From Gemmatimonadales bacterium (lineage in GTDB: Bacteria > Gemmatimonadota > Gemmatimonadetes > Gemmatimonadales > GWC2-71-9): DNA of 64,000 bases. Under the pieces are notes generated by a model. The model was not told where the DNA came from, did not search any database, and was given only the letters and a program-made list of their open reading frames with translations. The DNA lies in assembly GCA_041615815.1 (NCBI GenBank), contig JBFJCP010000021.1:18638-82637 (forward strand). The letters are read 5' to 3'. Shown in pieces: positions 20,490 through 33,611 of this stretch (its first letter is position 1; every line of letters starts with the position of its first letter). Position numbers and translations under genes: made by a program.

Positions 20490-21274
20490 TGGGGGCTTCG
20501 ACGGGCCAGTACGAGATTGACGGCCGTCGCCGGCGCGCTGAGCGTTCCGGCCTCGGGGTCTTGCTCGATGACCGTCCCCGGGACGCCGCTGAAGGAGGTC
20601 CTGGCGTAATAGGTACCCACGTTGAGTCCCGACTGACCCAGCAGCATCCGCGCCTGCTCGAGACTCATCCCTGTGAGATCCGGGACCACGATGGTGGGCG
20701 CGCCGAGGCTCACCACCAAGGTCACCGTAGCTGTGGGTAAGAGCGCAGTTCCCGCGGGCGGCCGGGTCACGATGACGACATCCTTGGGTAGCGGGGCCTG
20801 CGTCGTTTCCAAACCACCCACTTCGAGACCCGCCGATTCGAGCAGTGTGCGCGCCAGGCCGACGTCGTACCCAGCCAAGTCCGGGACCGGCACCCGTCGA
20901 GGCCCACTGCTGACCTGCAACGCGACCGACGTGCGCTCGGGGACGGCGATTCCGGCTGGTGGATCCTGCCAGACCACCGCGCCCCGCGGGGCGCTGGGGT
21001 GGTTGACGGATGTCACGTCGCCCGTGTTGAGCCCGGCGTCAGCCAGCGTCGTGCGCGCGATCTCGGCATCCATCCCGAACAGGTGTGGCACCACCTTCTC
21101 CGAGGCGAAGATCGGCGCCGGGAAGATCACGAATACCGCGACCAGATAACCAACGGCGAACGCGCCCACGACACTGGCCAGTGCAATGATCCACAGGCGA
21201 CTCCCGAGGCCCCGGATGTACTCGACCAGCCCGGACCAATCGATGGGCGATGCGGTGTGACGACGAATTCTCAT
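20486..21274 (-). CDS. Membrane-anchored PASTA-domain protein (3 repeats, no kinase domain)
   Basis: TM then VPHLFG, VPDLAG, VPDLTG repeats with QDP..G motifs; ATG 21274 overlaps the rsmB stop. Confidence 0.85.
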   Translation of the reverse strand: MRIRRHTASPIDWSGLVEYIRGLGSRLWIIALASVVGAFAVGYLVAVFVIFPAPIFASEKVVPHLFGMDAEIARTTLADAGLNTGDVTSVNHPSAPRGAVVWQDPPAGIAVPERTSVALQVSSGPRRVPVPDLAGYDVGLARTLLESAGLEVGGLETTQAPLPKDVVIVTRPPAGTALLPTATVTLVVSLGAPTIVVPDLTGMSLEQARMLLGQSGLNVGTYYARTSFSGVPGTVIEQDPEAGTLSAPATAVNLVLARRSPQ

Positions 21275-22533
21275 GGCTGCATGCGGAGCCTGGCCCCGTA
21301 TCCCCCGTCTGTTCCTGCTTCGGGTGGGAAGATATACAGATCGTCGCCCTCCCGCGTGAACTGCGGGCTCCCGGCGAGCAGCCGGTCTACCTGCTCGGCG
21401 TTTTCCTCGGGCTCCAGGGAGCATGTGAGATAGACGAGCAGACCGCCCGGCCGAACGGTTTTGGACGCCCCGCGGAGGAGGGCTGCCTGCGTTTGGATCA
21501 AACGCCGCAACCGGTGCGCGCTGAGCTGCCAGCGCGCGTCTGGATGACGAGCCATGGTGCCGGTGGCGCTGCAGGGTACGTCCAACAGGACCACGTCGAA
21601 GGTCGCCCACGGAAAGGGTGGATAGCGCGCGTCGGCAGCGGCCACGGGAATGCCGGCGGCTACCCGTCTGAGGGTGTCGAGCAACTTGGGCAGCCGCTCG
21701 CGGCGGAGGTCCGAGGCGATGACGCGGCAGCGCGGCGCCAGCAAGGCCGCCTTCCCGCCGGGCGACGCGCAGGCATCCCACACGAGGGCGCCGTCCGGGA
21801 TAGCGGCGAACCGAAGCAAACGTGCCTGGGCAGCGTCCTGCACCACGAAGGCACCCTCGTGGTACCCCGGGAGCTCGCCCACCCGTGTGCCCGTCACGCT
21901 GAATCCCTGCCCGCCGGGGGCCGGCTGCGCCGTGACGCCGTGTTCCTCGAGTGCCCTTCGGAGCGCTTCCACGCTCCATCGTGCCGGTTGGATGGTCAAT
22001 GGGGGAACGTGATTGTTGTGACGCAAGAGGGCCTCGGTGCGCTCCGACCCGTAACGCGCGACCCAGCGCTCAACCAACCACGCAGGATGGGAATGGCGGT
22101 CGGCCAGCGACGTGCTCGGCGGAGTCACCGTGCGCGCCTCGCCCTCGCGCGCGAGACGGCGCAGCACCGCGTTGACGAGTCCAGCGGGCCGCTGACCGAG
22201 TCGCTCTTTGGCGAGCGCCACCGCGGTTTGGACTGCGGCGTAGGGAGGAACCCGCGTAAGATGGGTGAGCTGGTAGGCGCCGATGCGGAGGACGTCTTTC
22301 AAATCGGCGGGAGCGCCACGCCAGTCTCCCGTAAACAACGGCTCGAGGCGGGAATCGAGCTCGACACGGTGTCGGAGTACGCCGGCAGCGATCTCGTGGG
22401 CTAGGCGGCGGTCCGCGTCGTCGAGTCCCGTGACCGCGTTCTCACGGGCGCTGGCAAAGGTTTGACCCGCTCGCACGCCCCGGAGGACATCGGAGGCGGC
22501 GCGGCGGGGATCCGCTCCGCGGCCGGTGGTCAG
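21271..22533 (-). CDS. rsmB: 16S rRNA m5C967 methyltransferase (Sun/RsmB)
   Basis: NusB-like N-terminus (LVNAVLR), SHPAWLV, DACASPGGK, DVPCSATG, TCS..PEEN; start approximate. Confidence 0.9.
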   Translation of the reverse strand: MTTGRGADPRRAASDVLRGVRAGQTFASARENAVTGLDDADRRLAHEIAAGVLRHRVELDSRLEPLFTGDWRGAPADLKDVLRIGAYQLTHLTRVPPYAAVQTAVALAKERLGQRPAGLVNAVLRRLAREGEARTVTPPSTSLADRHSHPAWLVERWVARYGSERTEALLRHNNHVPPLTIQPARWSVEALRRALEEHGVTAQPAPGGQGFSVTGTRVGELPGYHEGAFVVQDAAQARLLRFAAIPDGALVWDACASPGGKAALLAPRCRVIASDLRRERLPKLLDTLRRVAAGIPVAAADARYPPFPWATFDVVLLDVPCSATGTMARHPDARWQLSAHRLRRLIQTQAALLRGASKTVRPGGLLVYLTCSLEPEENAEQVDRLLAGSPQFTREGDDLYIFPPEAGTDGGYGARLRMQP

Positions 22534-23333
22534 TCCAGCATTCCCTTCGTGGGACTGGATGGCACGGCGATCTCGCGGCGGGGCATACGACCGGCGAGAA
22601 AGGCAAGTCGGCCGGATTCGACGGCTTGGCGCATGGCCGTCGCCATGGTCACGGGATCGGCGGCCGCGGCAATGGCGGTGTTCATGAGGATGCCGTCGAC
22701 GCCCTGCTCCATGGTCACGCAGGCGTCGGATGCCGTTCCGACCCCGGCGTCCACGATGACCGGAACCGAGAGGCGGTGCTTGATCAACCTGATGGTGTAC
22801 GGATTGATCAGGCCCATGCCGCTGCCAATCGGGGACGCGAGCGGCATCACCGCGGCGCACCCGGCGTCCTCCAGCCTAAGCGCCGTCACCAGATCGTCAT
22901 TCGTGTAGGCCATGACCTGGAATCCCTCTTGGACGAGGGTGCGCGTGGCTTCCAGGAGTCCTTGCACGTCCGGGAGCAGCGTCGCTTCGTCGCCGATGAC
23001 CTCCAATTTGATGAAGTCGTTGAACCCAGCCTCCCGGGCGAGGCGGGCATAGCGGACGGCATCGCCCGCGGTGTAACAGCCTGCCGTGTTGGCGAGCAGG
23101 AACCAGCGTGATGGATCCAGGTGGAAGAGCATACCCTCGTCTTTGGTACGATCCAGGTCGACGCGGCGGACGGCCACGGTGACCATCTCGGCCCCGGATG
23201 CCTCGATAGCCCGCACCATGGTCGTATTGTCGGCGTACTTGCCCGTTCCAACCATCAGTCGGGACTGGAAGGTGTGTTGGCCGATGACGAGTGGTCGATC
23301 GGTAACCTTGGGTGTTGTTGCCGAACCTGTCAT
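22530..23333 (-). CDS. thiG: Thiazole synthase
   Basis: SRLMVGTGKY, NTAGC, IKLEVIGD, MPLASPIGSG, VDAGVG. Confidence 0.96.
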   Translation of the reverse strand: MTGSATTPKVTDRPLVIGQHTFQSRLMVGTGKYADNTTMVRAIEASGAEMVTVAVRRVDLDRTKDEGMLFHLDPSRWFLLANTAGCYTAGDAVRYARLAREAGFNDFIKLEVIGDEATLLPDVQGLLEATRTLVQEGFQVMAYTNDDLVTALRLEDAGCAAVMPLASPIGSGMGLINPYTIRLIKHRLSVPVIVDAGVGTASDACVTMEQGVDGILMNTAIAAAADPVTMATAMRQAVESGRLAFLAGRMPRREIAVPSSPTKGMLD

Positions 23334-23337
23334 CGCT

Positions 23338-23553
23338 TCAACCGCCCCCGACGAAATGCACGAGCTCCACGCGGTCGCCGTCGCGGAGCGCGGTGTCTGC
23401 GAGCTTGGGCCGTCGGACAATCGTGCGATTGAGCTCGACGACCACGCGTCGAGGATCCAGGTCCAGCTGCGCGAGGAGCTCCAGAAGCGAGGGCGAACCT
23501 GCAAGCTGTCGTTCGTCGCCGTTCACGACGACGGTGATCGTGTGTGTGCTCAT
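23338..23553 (-). CDS. thiS: Sulfur carrier protein ThiS
   Basis: 71 aa, VNG start and C-terminal ELVHFVGGG. Confidence 0.93.
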   Translation of the reverse strand: MSTHTITVVVNGDERQLAGSPSLLELLAQLDLDPRRVVVELNRTIVRRPKLADTALRDGDRVELVHFVGGG

Positions 23554-24161
23554 GCTGTGTGCTCTTTCAAAGATAGCAGCAAGGCCTGGGCGGCCGCACC
23601 GGGATCAGCGGCATGCCAGAGTGCCGTGACCACGGCGACACCCCACGCGCCGGCTGCCAGGCTGGGTGCCACCCGCTCCTCGCTCACCCCCCCGATGGCC
23701 AGGACCCGCGGGCGCTCGGCGGCGGTCAAGGCGGTGGGACCGAGTGGTGGAGTTTCGGGATGCGTTGGCGTTGGCCAAATGGGACCGAGGAAGACGTAGT
23801 CGGCACCGCCGTCCAGAGCCACTCGTGCCGCCCGGGGGCTGTGCGTGGACCGTCCCACGTAGAGCGTGGTACCGACGAGGCCTCGGATTGCCGCCGTGGG
23901 AAGGCCGGTTTCCGGGGCGTGGATACCGGCGGCGGCTGTTCCGAGCGCGACGTCGACGCGGTCGTTGATGACCACGAACGCGCCGGCAGCGACGAGACGA
24001 GTGGCGATTTCGGCGAGCCGACGGGCGTGGGTGGTGCGCCCCCGGACGTGCAAGGCCACCGGACCGGCCCGGACGATCGTGCTCGCCCGTTCGAGGAAAT
24101 CGGGTCGCGTGAGGATGTCATCGTTGGTGACCGCGTGTAAACGCGGCAGTGGGTGAATCAC
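23550..24161 (-). CDS. thiE: Thiamine phosphate synthase (ThiE/TenI family)
   Basis: INDRVDVAL, GRSTHS, ADYVFLGPIWPTPTH, AIGG. Confidence 0.85.
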   Translation of the reverse strand: MIHPLPRLHAVTNDDILTRPDFLERASTIVRAGPVALHVRGRTTHARRLAEIATRLVAAGAFVVINDRVDVALGTAAAGIHAPETGLPTAAIRGLVGTTLYVGRSTHSPRAARVALDGGADYVFLGPIWPTPTHPETPPLGPTALTAAERPRVLAIGGVSEERVAPSLAAGAWGVAVVTALWHAADPGAAAQALLLSLKEHTA

Positions 24162-25090
24162 CCGAAACGATCACCTTTCACCGCCCCGCGTCCGCGCAGC
24201 CACTCCGATGCGGCCATCCGGTGCTTGCCCTCTGGCTGTACGTCGAGAAACTGCAGGGCCCCGTCTCCCGTGGCGATGACGAAGGCAGGGTCCGTTTCGA
24301 CGATCTCTCCCGGCTGTTCATCGCTCTCCCACTCGTCAGCGGGCCGTGGGCCAAAGAGCTTGATTACCCTTCCGCGGATGGTCGACCACGCGCCGGGCTT
24401 CGGGTCGAGGGCTCGCGCCTGACGGCCAATGGCGCGGGTCGATTCCTCCCATCGGATGCGGGCGATCTCCCGGGTGATCTTGGGGGCGTAGGTCGCGTGT
24501 TCGTCGTCCTGCGTTTGCACGGCCAGCGCGCCGATCTCGAGGAGCGCGAGGGCTTCGACCAGGGCCAGCGCACCGAGTTCGGCGAGCCGAATGGTGAGCT
24601 CCCCGCCCGTTTCATCGGGGGCGATCGGGGTGGAGACCTGGTGCAACACGGGTCCGGTGTCCATGCCAGCTTCCATCTGCATGATGCTGATCCCGGTTTC
24701 GTCCAGGCCCTGCAGGATCGCGTGTTGAATGGGCGCTGCACCGCGGAGGGCTGGGAGCAGCGAGGCGTGGACATTGATCATCCCCCGGGGGGGGAGCTTC
24801 AACAGCTGCGGCTTGAGGATATGGCCATACGCCACCACGACGCCCAAGGTGGGGTCGAACGGCCGCAGCTCCTCCAAGAACCCCGGATCGTTTGGCCGCT
24901 CGGGCTGCAATACGGGGATGCTCTCCTCGTCGGCGACGACTTTGATGGGGGGGGGAATGAGCTGCGTGCGGGATCGCCCTTGGGGTCGGTCCGGTTGGGT
25001 GACGACCGCGCCCACCTCGAACCCCTCGCCGACCAGGGCACGCAAGGATGGAACTGCGAAATCCGGGGTGCCGAAGAAGACGATGCGCAC
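24158..25090 (-). CDS. fmt: Methionyl-tRNA formyltransferase
   Basis: FFGTPDFA, TQPDRP, NVHASLLP..RGAAPI. Confidence 0.96.
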   Translation of the reverse strand: MRIVFFGTPDFAVPSLRALVGEGFEVGAVVTQPDRPQGRSRTQLIPPPIKVVADEESIPVLQPERPNDPGFLEELRPFDPTLGVVVAYGHILKPQLLKLPPRGMINVHASLLPALRGAAPIQHAILQGLDETGISIMQMEAGMDTGPVLHQVSTPIAPDETGGELTIRLAELGALALVEALALLEIGALAVQTQDDEHATYAPKITREIARIRWEESTRAIGRQARALDPKPGAWSTIRGRVIKLFGPRPADEWESDEQPGEIVETDPAFVIATGDGALQFLDVQPEGKHRMAASEWLRGRGAVKGDRFG

Positions 25091-25093
25091 GGG

Positions 25094-25629
25094 TCAGCGT
25101 CGGGCGCTGGCGGGTGAGACCTCCTTCAGATAGCCTGTCTGTCCCTTCCGCATCTTCTGCCATTTCTTGAGCAACATGCGTCGCTTGAGGGGGCTCAGAT
25201 GGTCGAGGAACAGCACGCCGTCCAGGTGGTCGATCTCGTGCTGGATGGCTCGGCTCTTGAGGTCTGAAACCTCGATCCGGCGTCGCGAACCGTCCAGGTC
25301 GGTCGTCTCGACGATGATGTGCTCGGCGCGGTCCACGTCCGCGAAGATCTCGGGGATCGAGAGGCATCCCTCTTCTGCGCGGGTGGAGCCGTGACGCGCT
25401 ACGATCACGGGATTGATCAACACGACCGGGTCGTCATCCCCGATATCGACCACCGCCACGCGGTGGCTCTCGCCCAGTTGGTTTGCGGCGAGTCCGATAC
25501 CTTTGTCCGCACGCATGGTATCGAAGAGGTCCATCACCAACGTGCGAATACCCTCATCGATATTGTCGACGTCTCGCGCTTGCTCGCGCAGCACGGGAGA
25601 GCCCAGAAGATGGATGGGTCGAAGGGCCA

Positions 25630-25630
<1 letters not shown>
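25094..25630 (-). CDS. def: Peptide deformylase
   Basis: GIGLAANQ, EGCLS, QHEIDHLDG. Confidence 0.97.
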
Positions 25631-28124
<2,494 letters not shown>

Positions 28125-28132
<8 letters not shown>

Positions 28133-29174
28133 TCGGTGCGTCGTCGAAGATCGTGGGTTGATCCGTGCCGGAGCCCCTCGGGGCCGTGTACCCGAAATGC
28201 CGGTACGCCGCGGGACTCGCTAACCGCCCCCGTGACGTGCGCTGGAGAAAGCCTTGCTGGATCAAGAAGGGCTCGTACACCTCTTCGATCGTCTCCGCAT
28301 CCTCGCCCACGGCCACGGCCATCGTCGCGATCCCCACGGGGCCCCCGTTGAACTTCTCGATGATGACCTTGAGGATCCGGGCATCCATGTCGTCGAGGCC
28401 GTACTCGTCCACGTTGAGGCGGAGCAAAGCTGCCTGGGCCACGTCACGGGTGATGGTGCCGTCGGCACGCACCTGTGCGTAATCGCGGACACGACGCAGG
28501 AGTCGGTTGGCGACCCGCGGGGTTCCTCGGCTGCGCCGCGCGATTTCCACCGCGCCGTCTGGCTCGATGGCCACGTTCAGAATCCCTGCCGAGCGGAGGA
28601 CGATGTGTTGCAGGTCGTCCGTCGGGTAGTAGCCCAGCCGCTCCACCAGGCCGAACCGCGCCCGCATGGGCGGTGTGAGCAATCCGTATCGCGTGGAAGC
28701 GCCGACGAGCGTGAACGGCTCGATGCCCATGGGGATGGTCTGGGCATTGGGTCCTTCGGCGATACGCACGTCCACCCGGTAGTCCTCCATAGCCGGATAC
28801 AGGAACTCCTCCAGTACCGGCCGAAGGCGATGCACCTCGTCAATGAAGAGCACATCCCGCTGTTGGAGCGACGTGAGGATGCCAACCAGATCGCCGGGGC
28901 GCTCCAGGACCGGGCCACTCGTGGTGCGGATATTCACCCCCATCTCCCGCGCTAGCAGCATCGCCAGAGTCGTCTTCCCGAGTCCGGGCGGGCCGAAGAA
29001 CAGGATGTGATCCAACTGCTCGCCGCGAGCTTTCGCGGCGTCGATGGCGATCTGGAGGCTCTCTTTCACACGGGCTTGCCCGACGAACTCATCGAGCCGG
29101 GACGGCCGGAGCGAAACCTCCGTTGCCGTTTCCTCGGGGAGGGCGTCCGGCGTGGTGATCTCGGTGCGGCTCAC
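28125..29174 (-). CDS. ruvB: Holliday junction branch migration helicase RuvB
   Basis: [35 protein letters not shown] start 29174. Confidence 0.97.
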
Positions 29175-29335
29175 GTCTTTGCCGATGCCTGCCACCGGAC
29201 GGGGCGCACGTCCTGCATCAGACGATGCCGCTCACGACAGGTGACGCAGCGGTCCTCGGCTTCCGTGGCCGTGTCGGGGACGAGCTTGCGGTTGGTCGCC
29301 CCACAGTTCGTACAATTCCACTCGGCAGTCTTCAT
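29171..29335 (-). CDS. Unlisted 54-aa putative zinc-ribbon protein between ruvA and ruvB
   Basis: Hand translation [58 protein letters not shown] overlap with the ruvA stop and GTGA overlap with the ruvB start. Confidence 0.8.
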   Translation of the reverse strand: MKTAEWNCTNCGATNRKLVPDTATEAEDRCVTCRERHRLMQDVRPVRWQASAKT

Positions 29336-29922
29336 CGGGGTTTCGTTAACAGTTGTAGCGCTTCCCGGATCAGGTCAACCGGCTCGCGCGAGCCATCGCT
29401 CGACACGGCGGCCCGCACCGCCCGATCCGCCTCGGCAGCATTGTAGCCGAGATTGACCAACGCCTGAACGGCTTGCTCCGCGGGGACAACCGGGGCCTGC
29501 GCATCCGCGCCCGCCAGATCGCGGATCTTATCCTTTAACTCTAGAACGATACGCTGCGCGGTCTTCTTGCCCACGCCCGGCACCGTGCAGAGCACCGCCA
29601 GGTCTCCCTCCTTGATGGAGCGTGTGAGGCGTGGTCCTCCCAAGGTGGAGAGGAGCGCCAATGCCAACCGGGGGCCAACGCCGCTGGCGCCGAGCAATCG
29701 CTGGAAGACCGTTCGCTCCCGACCGTCGTCGAAGCCGTAGAGGGCCCACCCGTCTTCCCGGACCACCGGCACGGTTTGCAGCACGATTCGGCCGCCTTCC
29801 GGGGGCAGCCGCTCCAGCACTCCCAGGGGCACGGCGAGCTCGTACGTCACACCGCCGTCCGTAGCGACGAGCACCCGGTCCGCAGCCTTGGCCCGGAGTG
29901 TTCCTTCGACGGCCGCGATCAC
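29332..29922 (-). CDS. ruvA: Holliday junction DNA-binding protein RuvA
   Basis: VRED..LYGF, SGVGPRLA, VPGVGKKTAQRI, ALVNLGY. Confidence 0.96.
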   Translation of the reverse strand: MIAAVEGTLRAKAADRVLVATDGGVTYELAVPLGVLERLPPEGGRIVLQTVPVVREDGWALYGFDDGRERTVFQRLLGASGVGPRLALALLSTLGGPRLTRSIKEGDLAVLCTVPGVGKKTAQRIVLELKDKIRDLAGADAQAPVVPAEQAVQALVNLGYNAAEADRAVRAAVSSDGSREPVDLIREALQLLTKPR

Positions 29923-30422
29923 CGGCCGGGCGGGTTGGCCAGGAGATACGCCAGGGCCAGCGCCACGCCATCTGCAGCGTCACTGGGGGAGGGGGCTTCG
30001 CGGAGATGCAGCATCTGCTTCACCATATACCCTACTTGAGGTTTCGTCGCGCTGCCCACCCCCGTCACGCTCTTTTTCACGCGGGCTGGCGGGAATTCCG
30101 CCACCTCGAGGCCCGCCTGCGTCGCCGCAAGGAGGATGACCCCTCTGGCATGGCCTAGGGTCAGCGCGGTGCGGACGTTTTTTCCATAGAACACGCTCTC
30201 GAGAGCAAGTGCCGCCGGCTCGTGTCGCGTAATGAGCTCGCGCACGCCGTCGTAGAGCGTGACCAGCCGCTGCCAGGTCGTTTCGTTGGGATTGGTCCGG
30301 ATGATCCCGCACTCCACGAGACGGCCGGTGCCGCCGTTCACACGCGCCACGATGCCATAGCCGGTGACGGCGGTACCAGGATCGACGCCCAGGACGCGGA
30401 GCTCAGCCGCTGACGGCTGCAA
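29919..30422 (-). CDS. ruvC: Crossover junction endodeoxyribonuclease RuvC
   Basis: [36 protein letters not shown]. Confidence 0.95.
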   Translation of the reverse strand: MQPSAAELRVLGVDPGTAVTGYGIVARVNGGTGRLVECGIIRTNPNETTWQRLVTLYDGVRELITRHEPAALALESVFYGKNVRTALTLGHARGVILLAATQAGLEVAEFPPARVKKSVTGVGSATKPQVGYMVKQMLHLREAPSPSDAADGVALALAYLLANPPGR

Positions 30423-31152
30423 GCGTTGCCGCGTCGATGTCGAAATTGCTGAAGACCTTGGAGACGTCGTCGTGCTCCTCGAGCGCTTCGGCCAGTTTCA
30501 GAATCTGCTCGGCCTCTTTCCCCTCCACCCGAACGGTGTTGGTGGGTACCATGGCGATCTCGGCTTCGATCGCCTCGATCCCATGGGTCTGGAGCGCGTC
30601 CTTGACGCTGTGCAACTGTGCGGGATCCGTCGTCACGATGTGCTGGTCACCCTCGCAGACGAGATCCTCGGCGCCGGCCTCCGCCGCCGCCTCCATGGCC
30701 ACGTCCTCCGGGTACCGCTCGGCGTCCAAGTAGATCTGTCCTTTCTTCTCGAACATCCAGGCCACTGAGTTCGGCGCCCCCAGATTGCCGCCCTGCTTCG
30801 AGAACAGATGACGAATCTCGGCCACGGTGCGATTGAGATTGTCGCTGGTGACCTCGATCAAGATCGCTGCCCCACCTGGTCCGTATCCCTCATACGTGGC
30901 TTCCTCGTAGTTTACGCCTTCGAGCTCGCCGGTGCCCTTCTTGATGGCGCGCTCGATGTTGTCCGCTGGCATGTTGGCCGCCTTTGCCGCATCCACCGCG
31001 GTCCGGAGACGGGCGTTGCCTGCAGGATCGCCACCACCCTGGCGTGCGGCGACCGTGATTTCCTTGATGAGCTTGGTGAACTTGGCGCCGCGTTTTGCGT
31101 CTGCCGCGGCCTTCTTGTGCTTGATCTGCTTCCACTTACTGTGGCCCGCCAT
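30403..31152 (-). CDS. yebC: YebC/PmpR family protein
   Basis: [32 protein letters not shown]. Confidence 0.95.
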   Translation of the reverse strand: MAGHSKWKQIKHKKAAADAKRGAKFTKLIKEITVAARQGGGDPAGNARLRTAVDAAKAANMPADNIERAIKKGTGELEGVNYEEATYEGYGPGGAAILIEVTSDNLNRTVAEIRHLFSKQGGNLGAPNSVAWMFEKKGQIYLDAERYPEDVAMEAAAEAGAEDLVCEGDQHIVTTDPAQLHSVKDALQTHGIEAIEAEIAMVPTNTVRVEGKEAEQILKLAEALEEHDDVSKVFSNFDIDAATLAAVSG

Positions 31153-31295
31153 ACGTCCTCCCACACCAGCGCGCGTCTCAGCCGAAACATCGGAATATAG
31201 GAGGGAGCGAGGATGGCGAGCAACGAAGAACGGCAACTCGGTGGCGCAAGAATTGGGTTGCCTGGGAACATGGGGTCGATCAATTTGACGCCGCC

Positions 31296-32219
31296 ATGAT
31301 GGCCCTCGCTGGAAAGACCCTCGTCGCGTACTTGACCGTCTGTGTGGTTTGGGGTTCCACGTACCTGGCCATCCGCATCGGCGTTCGCCATCTGCCTCCG
31401 GCGCTCTTTGGTGGTATCCGGTTCGTGGTGGCGGGGGCCATCCTGTTAGGGATCGCACTCGCCCTTGGCCGCCGGCTCCCGCGACGGTGGGACGACTGGA
31501 TCACGAGTGCGGTCGTTGGGCTTCTCCTTCTCACGGTTGCCAACGGGCTGGTCATCTGGGCCGAGCGGTTCGTGGAATCGGGGACGGCAGCCATCTTCAT
31601 TGTCACGGTCGCCCTGTGGATGGCGGTGTTCGATGCGATCATTCCGGGGAGCCCGGCACGACCCACCTGGCGCCAGTTCGCGGCTCTCCTGGTCGGATTC
31701 GCAGGCACGCTTTTGCTGGTGGGTGATGATCTCGAGACGCTCAGGCGTGCGGATTGGCGGGGTCCACTCGCTCTGATCCTCGCCGCGGCGTCCTGGGGTT
31801 TGGGGTCGGTGTACGCCCAGCGCCGCGAGGTCGAAACGGGGCCCTACGTCAATGCGGCGCTCCAGATGCTGTTCGGTGGCACCGCACTGCTGGCGATCGC
31901 CGCGGCCACCAAAGAGACCTCGGCTGCGTATTTCTCGACGCCGGGAGTGCTGGCGGTGGCATACCTCATCGTGTTCGGCTCCATCATTGGTTACACGAGT
32001 TTCGTGTATCTCCTCCGCCACGCGTCACCAACGGTGGCCGGGACCTATGCCTACGTGAATCCAGTCGTGGCCGTGCTCCTCGGATGGGCGATACTCGACG
32101 AGCAGGTGACGCTTCGGACGATTGCAGCGATGGCCGTGGTTCTGGGCTCGGTGATCTGGGTACAGCGTGGAGCGCCACGCGGCCTGCAGCGAGAGGTGGC
32201 GCACCGCGATCTTGCGTAG
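31296..32219 (+). CDS. EamA/DMT family transporter (YedA-like)
   Basis: [10 protein letters not shown], 10 TM helices, [10 protein letters not shown]. Confidence 0.9.
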   Translation: MMALAGKTLVAYLTVCVVWGSTYLAIRIGVRHLPPALFGGIRFVVAGAILLGIALALGRRLPRRWDDWITSAVVGLLLLTVANGLVIWAERFVESGTAAIFIVTVALWMAVFDAIIPGSPARPTWRQFAALLVGFAGTLLLVGDDLETLRRADWRGPLALILAAASWGLGSVYAQRREVETGPYVNAALQMLFGGTALLAIAAATKETSAAYFSTPGVLAVAYLIVFGSIIGYTSFVYLLRHASPTVAGTYAYVNPVVAVLLGWAILDEQVTLRTIAAMAVVLGSVIWVQRGAPRGLQREVAHRDLA

Positions 32220-32244
32220 CGGGGAGCCGCAGGAGCCGCGGCCG

Positions 32245-33087
32245 TCAGTCTGGATCCAAGAGGTCCTCGAACCGCATGCACTCGGGCTGGAAATAGAGAT
32301 CCACGAAACCGGTTGGGCCGTTGCGGTTCTTGGCGATGATGAGTTCGGTGCCGCCCTCGACCCCGGCCCCAGGGCGGTACATCTCTTCTCGATAGAGAGT
32401 GAGCACGACGTCGGCGTGCTGCTTCACCGCACCCAGCACGCCGAAGTCGTCGATGGTGGGACGCGGGTCGGACCGGCTGCCATCGAATCGGGGTAGTTGG
32501 GCGACGGCGAGACACACCACGTGCCGGTCGAGCGCCAGTGCCTTGAGTGCGCGGATGGCGGCTGCCGAATCCTCGTCTTGGGTGAGGCGGGGGGTGGGGG
32601 CCGGCAGGAGTTGGAGATAGTCGACGATCACGACCGCGACTTCGGCATGGGCTTGCGCCAGAGCCGAATCGAAGTCCCGTGCCACCAATGGGTGGATCTG
32701 AAGTGGGAGGTCACGCAGTCTCACGACGGCCGCGCCCAATGCCGCGCGCGCTGCTTCACCAAGAGCCGCTGCGCGGATATCGTCGATGCGGGTGCGGGCC
32801 TGCACAGCGAGCGCTCGCTCCAGAAGCCGATCCTCATCCATTTCGCCCGAGAGAAACGCCACACGGTGACCGGTGTCGGCCATCCGGAGGGCGATGCTCA
32901 ACGCGAGTGCCGACTTGCCGGCCCCCACGTCACCGCCGAGGACGACGAGGTCCCGACGCCGGAGGCCGCCCCCCAGTGCTCGGTCGAGTGAGGGATAGCC
33001 CGAGGGGACGGTGTCGGGGTCGGGCTCGCCGGGCTGGCGTCGGTCCAGGTCGGCGACCAGATCCGTGAGCGAGTTCCGATTTGTCAT
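32245..33087 (-). CDS. DnaB-like helicase C-terminal (RecA-fold) domain protein lacking the N-terminal domain
   Basis: SGYPSLD, GAGKSAL, SGEM, VDYLQ, AQL, ADVV, IIAKNRNGPTG; only 280 aa. Confidence 0.85.
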   Translation of the reverse strand: MTNRNSLTDLVADLDRRQPGEPDPDTVPSGYPSLDRALGGGLRRRDLVVLGGDVGAGKSALALSIALRMADTGHRVAFLSGEMDEDRLLERALAVQARTRIDDIRAAALGEAARAALGAAVVRLRDLPLQIHPLVARDFDSALAQAHAEVAVVIVDYLQLLPAPTPRLTQDEDSAAAIRALKALALDRHVVCLAVAQLPRFDGSRSDPRPTIDDFGVLGAVKQHADVVLTLYREEMYRPGAGVEGGTELIIAKNRNGPTGFVDLYFQPECMRFEDLLDPD

Positions 33088-33476
33088 GGCGCGCGCGCGG
33101 CCCGCTGCGCTTCGCGGGCGGCCCGCCCGATTGCCTGGCCCATCGCGGGGCTCACCACCTGCGAGGCTGGCGCCACGAGCTGCGTCAGGACCTCACATGG
33201 TGTGTCCGCCGTGGGCGCGCGAAGAGTTCGGAGACCGCTGGTAACGGCGCGGCGGAGCGAACCGGGGAGCGACAGGCTGCTGAGGCGCCGCTCCATCTTC
33301 TCGAGCCGCTGAAGGTGGAGTCGATCCTCGAGCGCATCCGGCGGTGTCAGATGGCGACACGAGCGCACCAGCAGCCACAGTGCAAAGACCCCGTTCTGGG
33401 CGGGCCCCCGCGCCGATGCCTCGAGGGCATCGATGAGTCGATCTTCCACCGTCTCCAGCGCGTCGCTGACCGCCAT
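33084..33476 (-). CDS. Hypothetical helical protein coupled to the DnaB-like gene
   Basis: ORF with ATGA overlap onto the DnaB-like start; amphipathic helices. Confidence 0.65.
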   Translation of the reverse strand: MAVSDALETVEDRLIDALEASARGPAQNGVFALWLLVRSCRHLTPPDALEDRLHLQRLEKMERRLSSLSLPGSLRRAVTSGLRTLRAPTADTPCEVLTQLVAPASQVVSPAMGQAIGRAAREAQRAARAP

Positions 33477-33611
33477 GTTCGGGCACTCCCAAGCACGAAA
33501 AACAACGAAGATCGGATGGCTGTCCATGATGGACAGCCACTCACGTCGGATCGAAGATGCGAAGCGTTTGTCGGACTCGCCAGAGGACGGAGGACTTCGC
33601 TACTTTCCATC

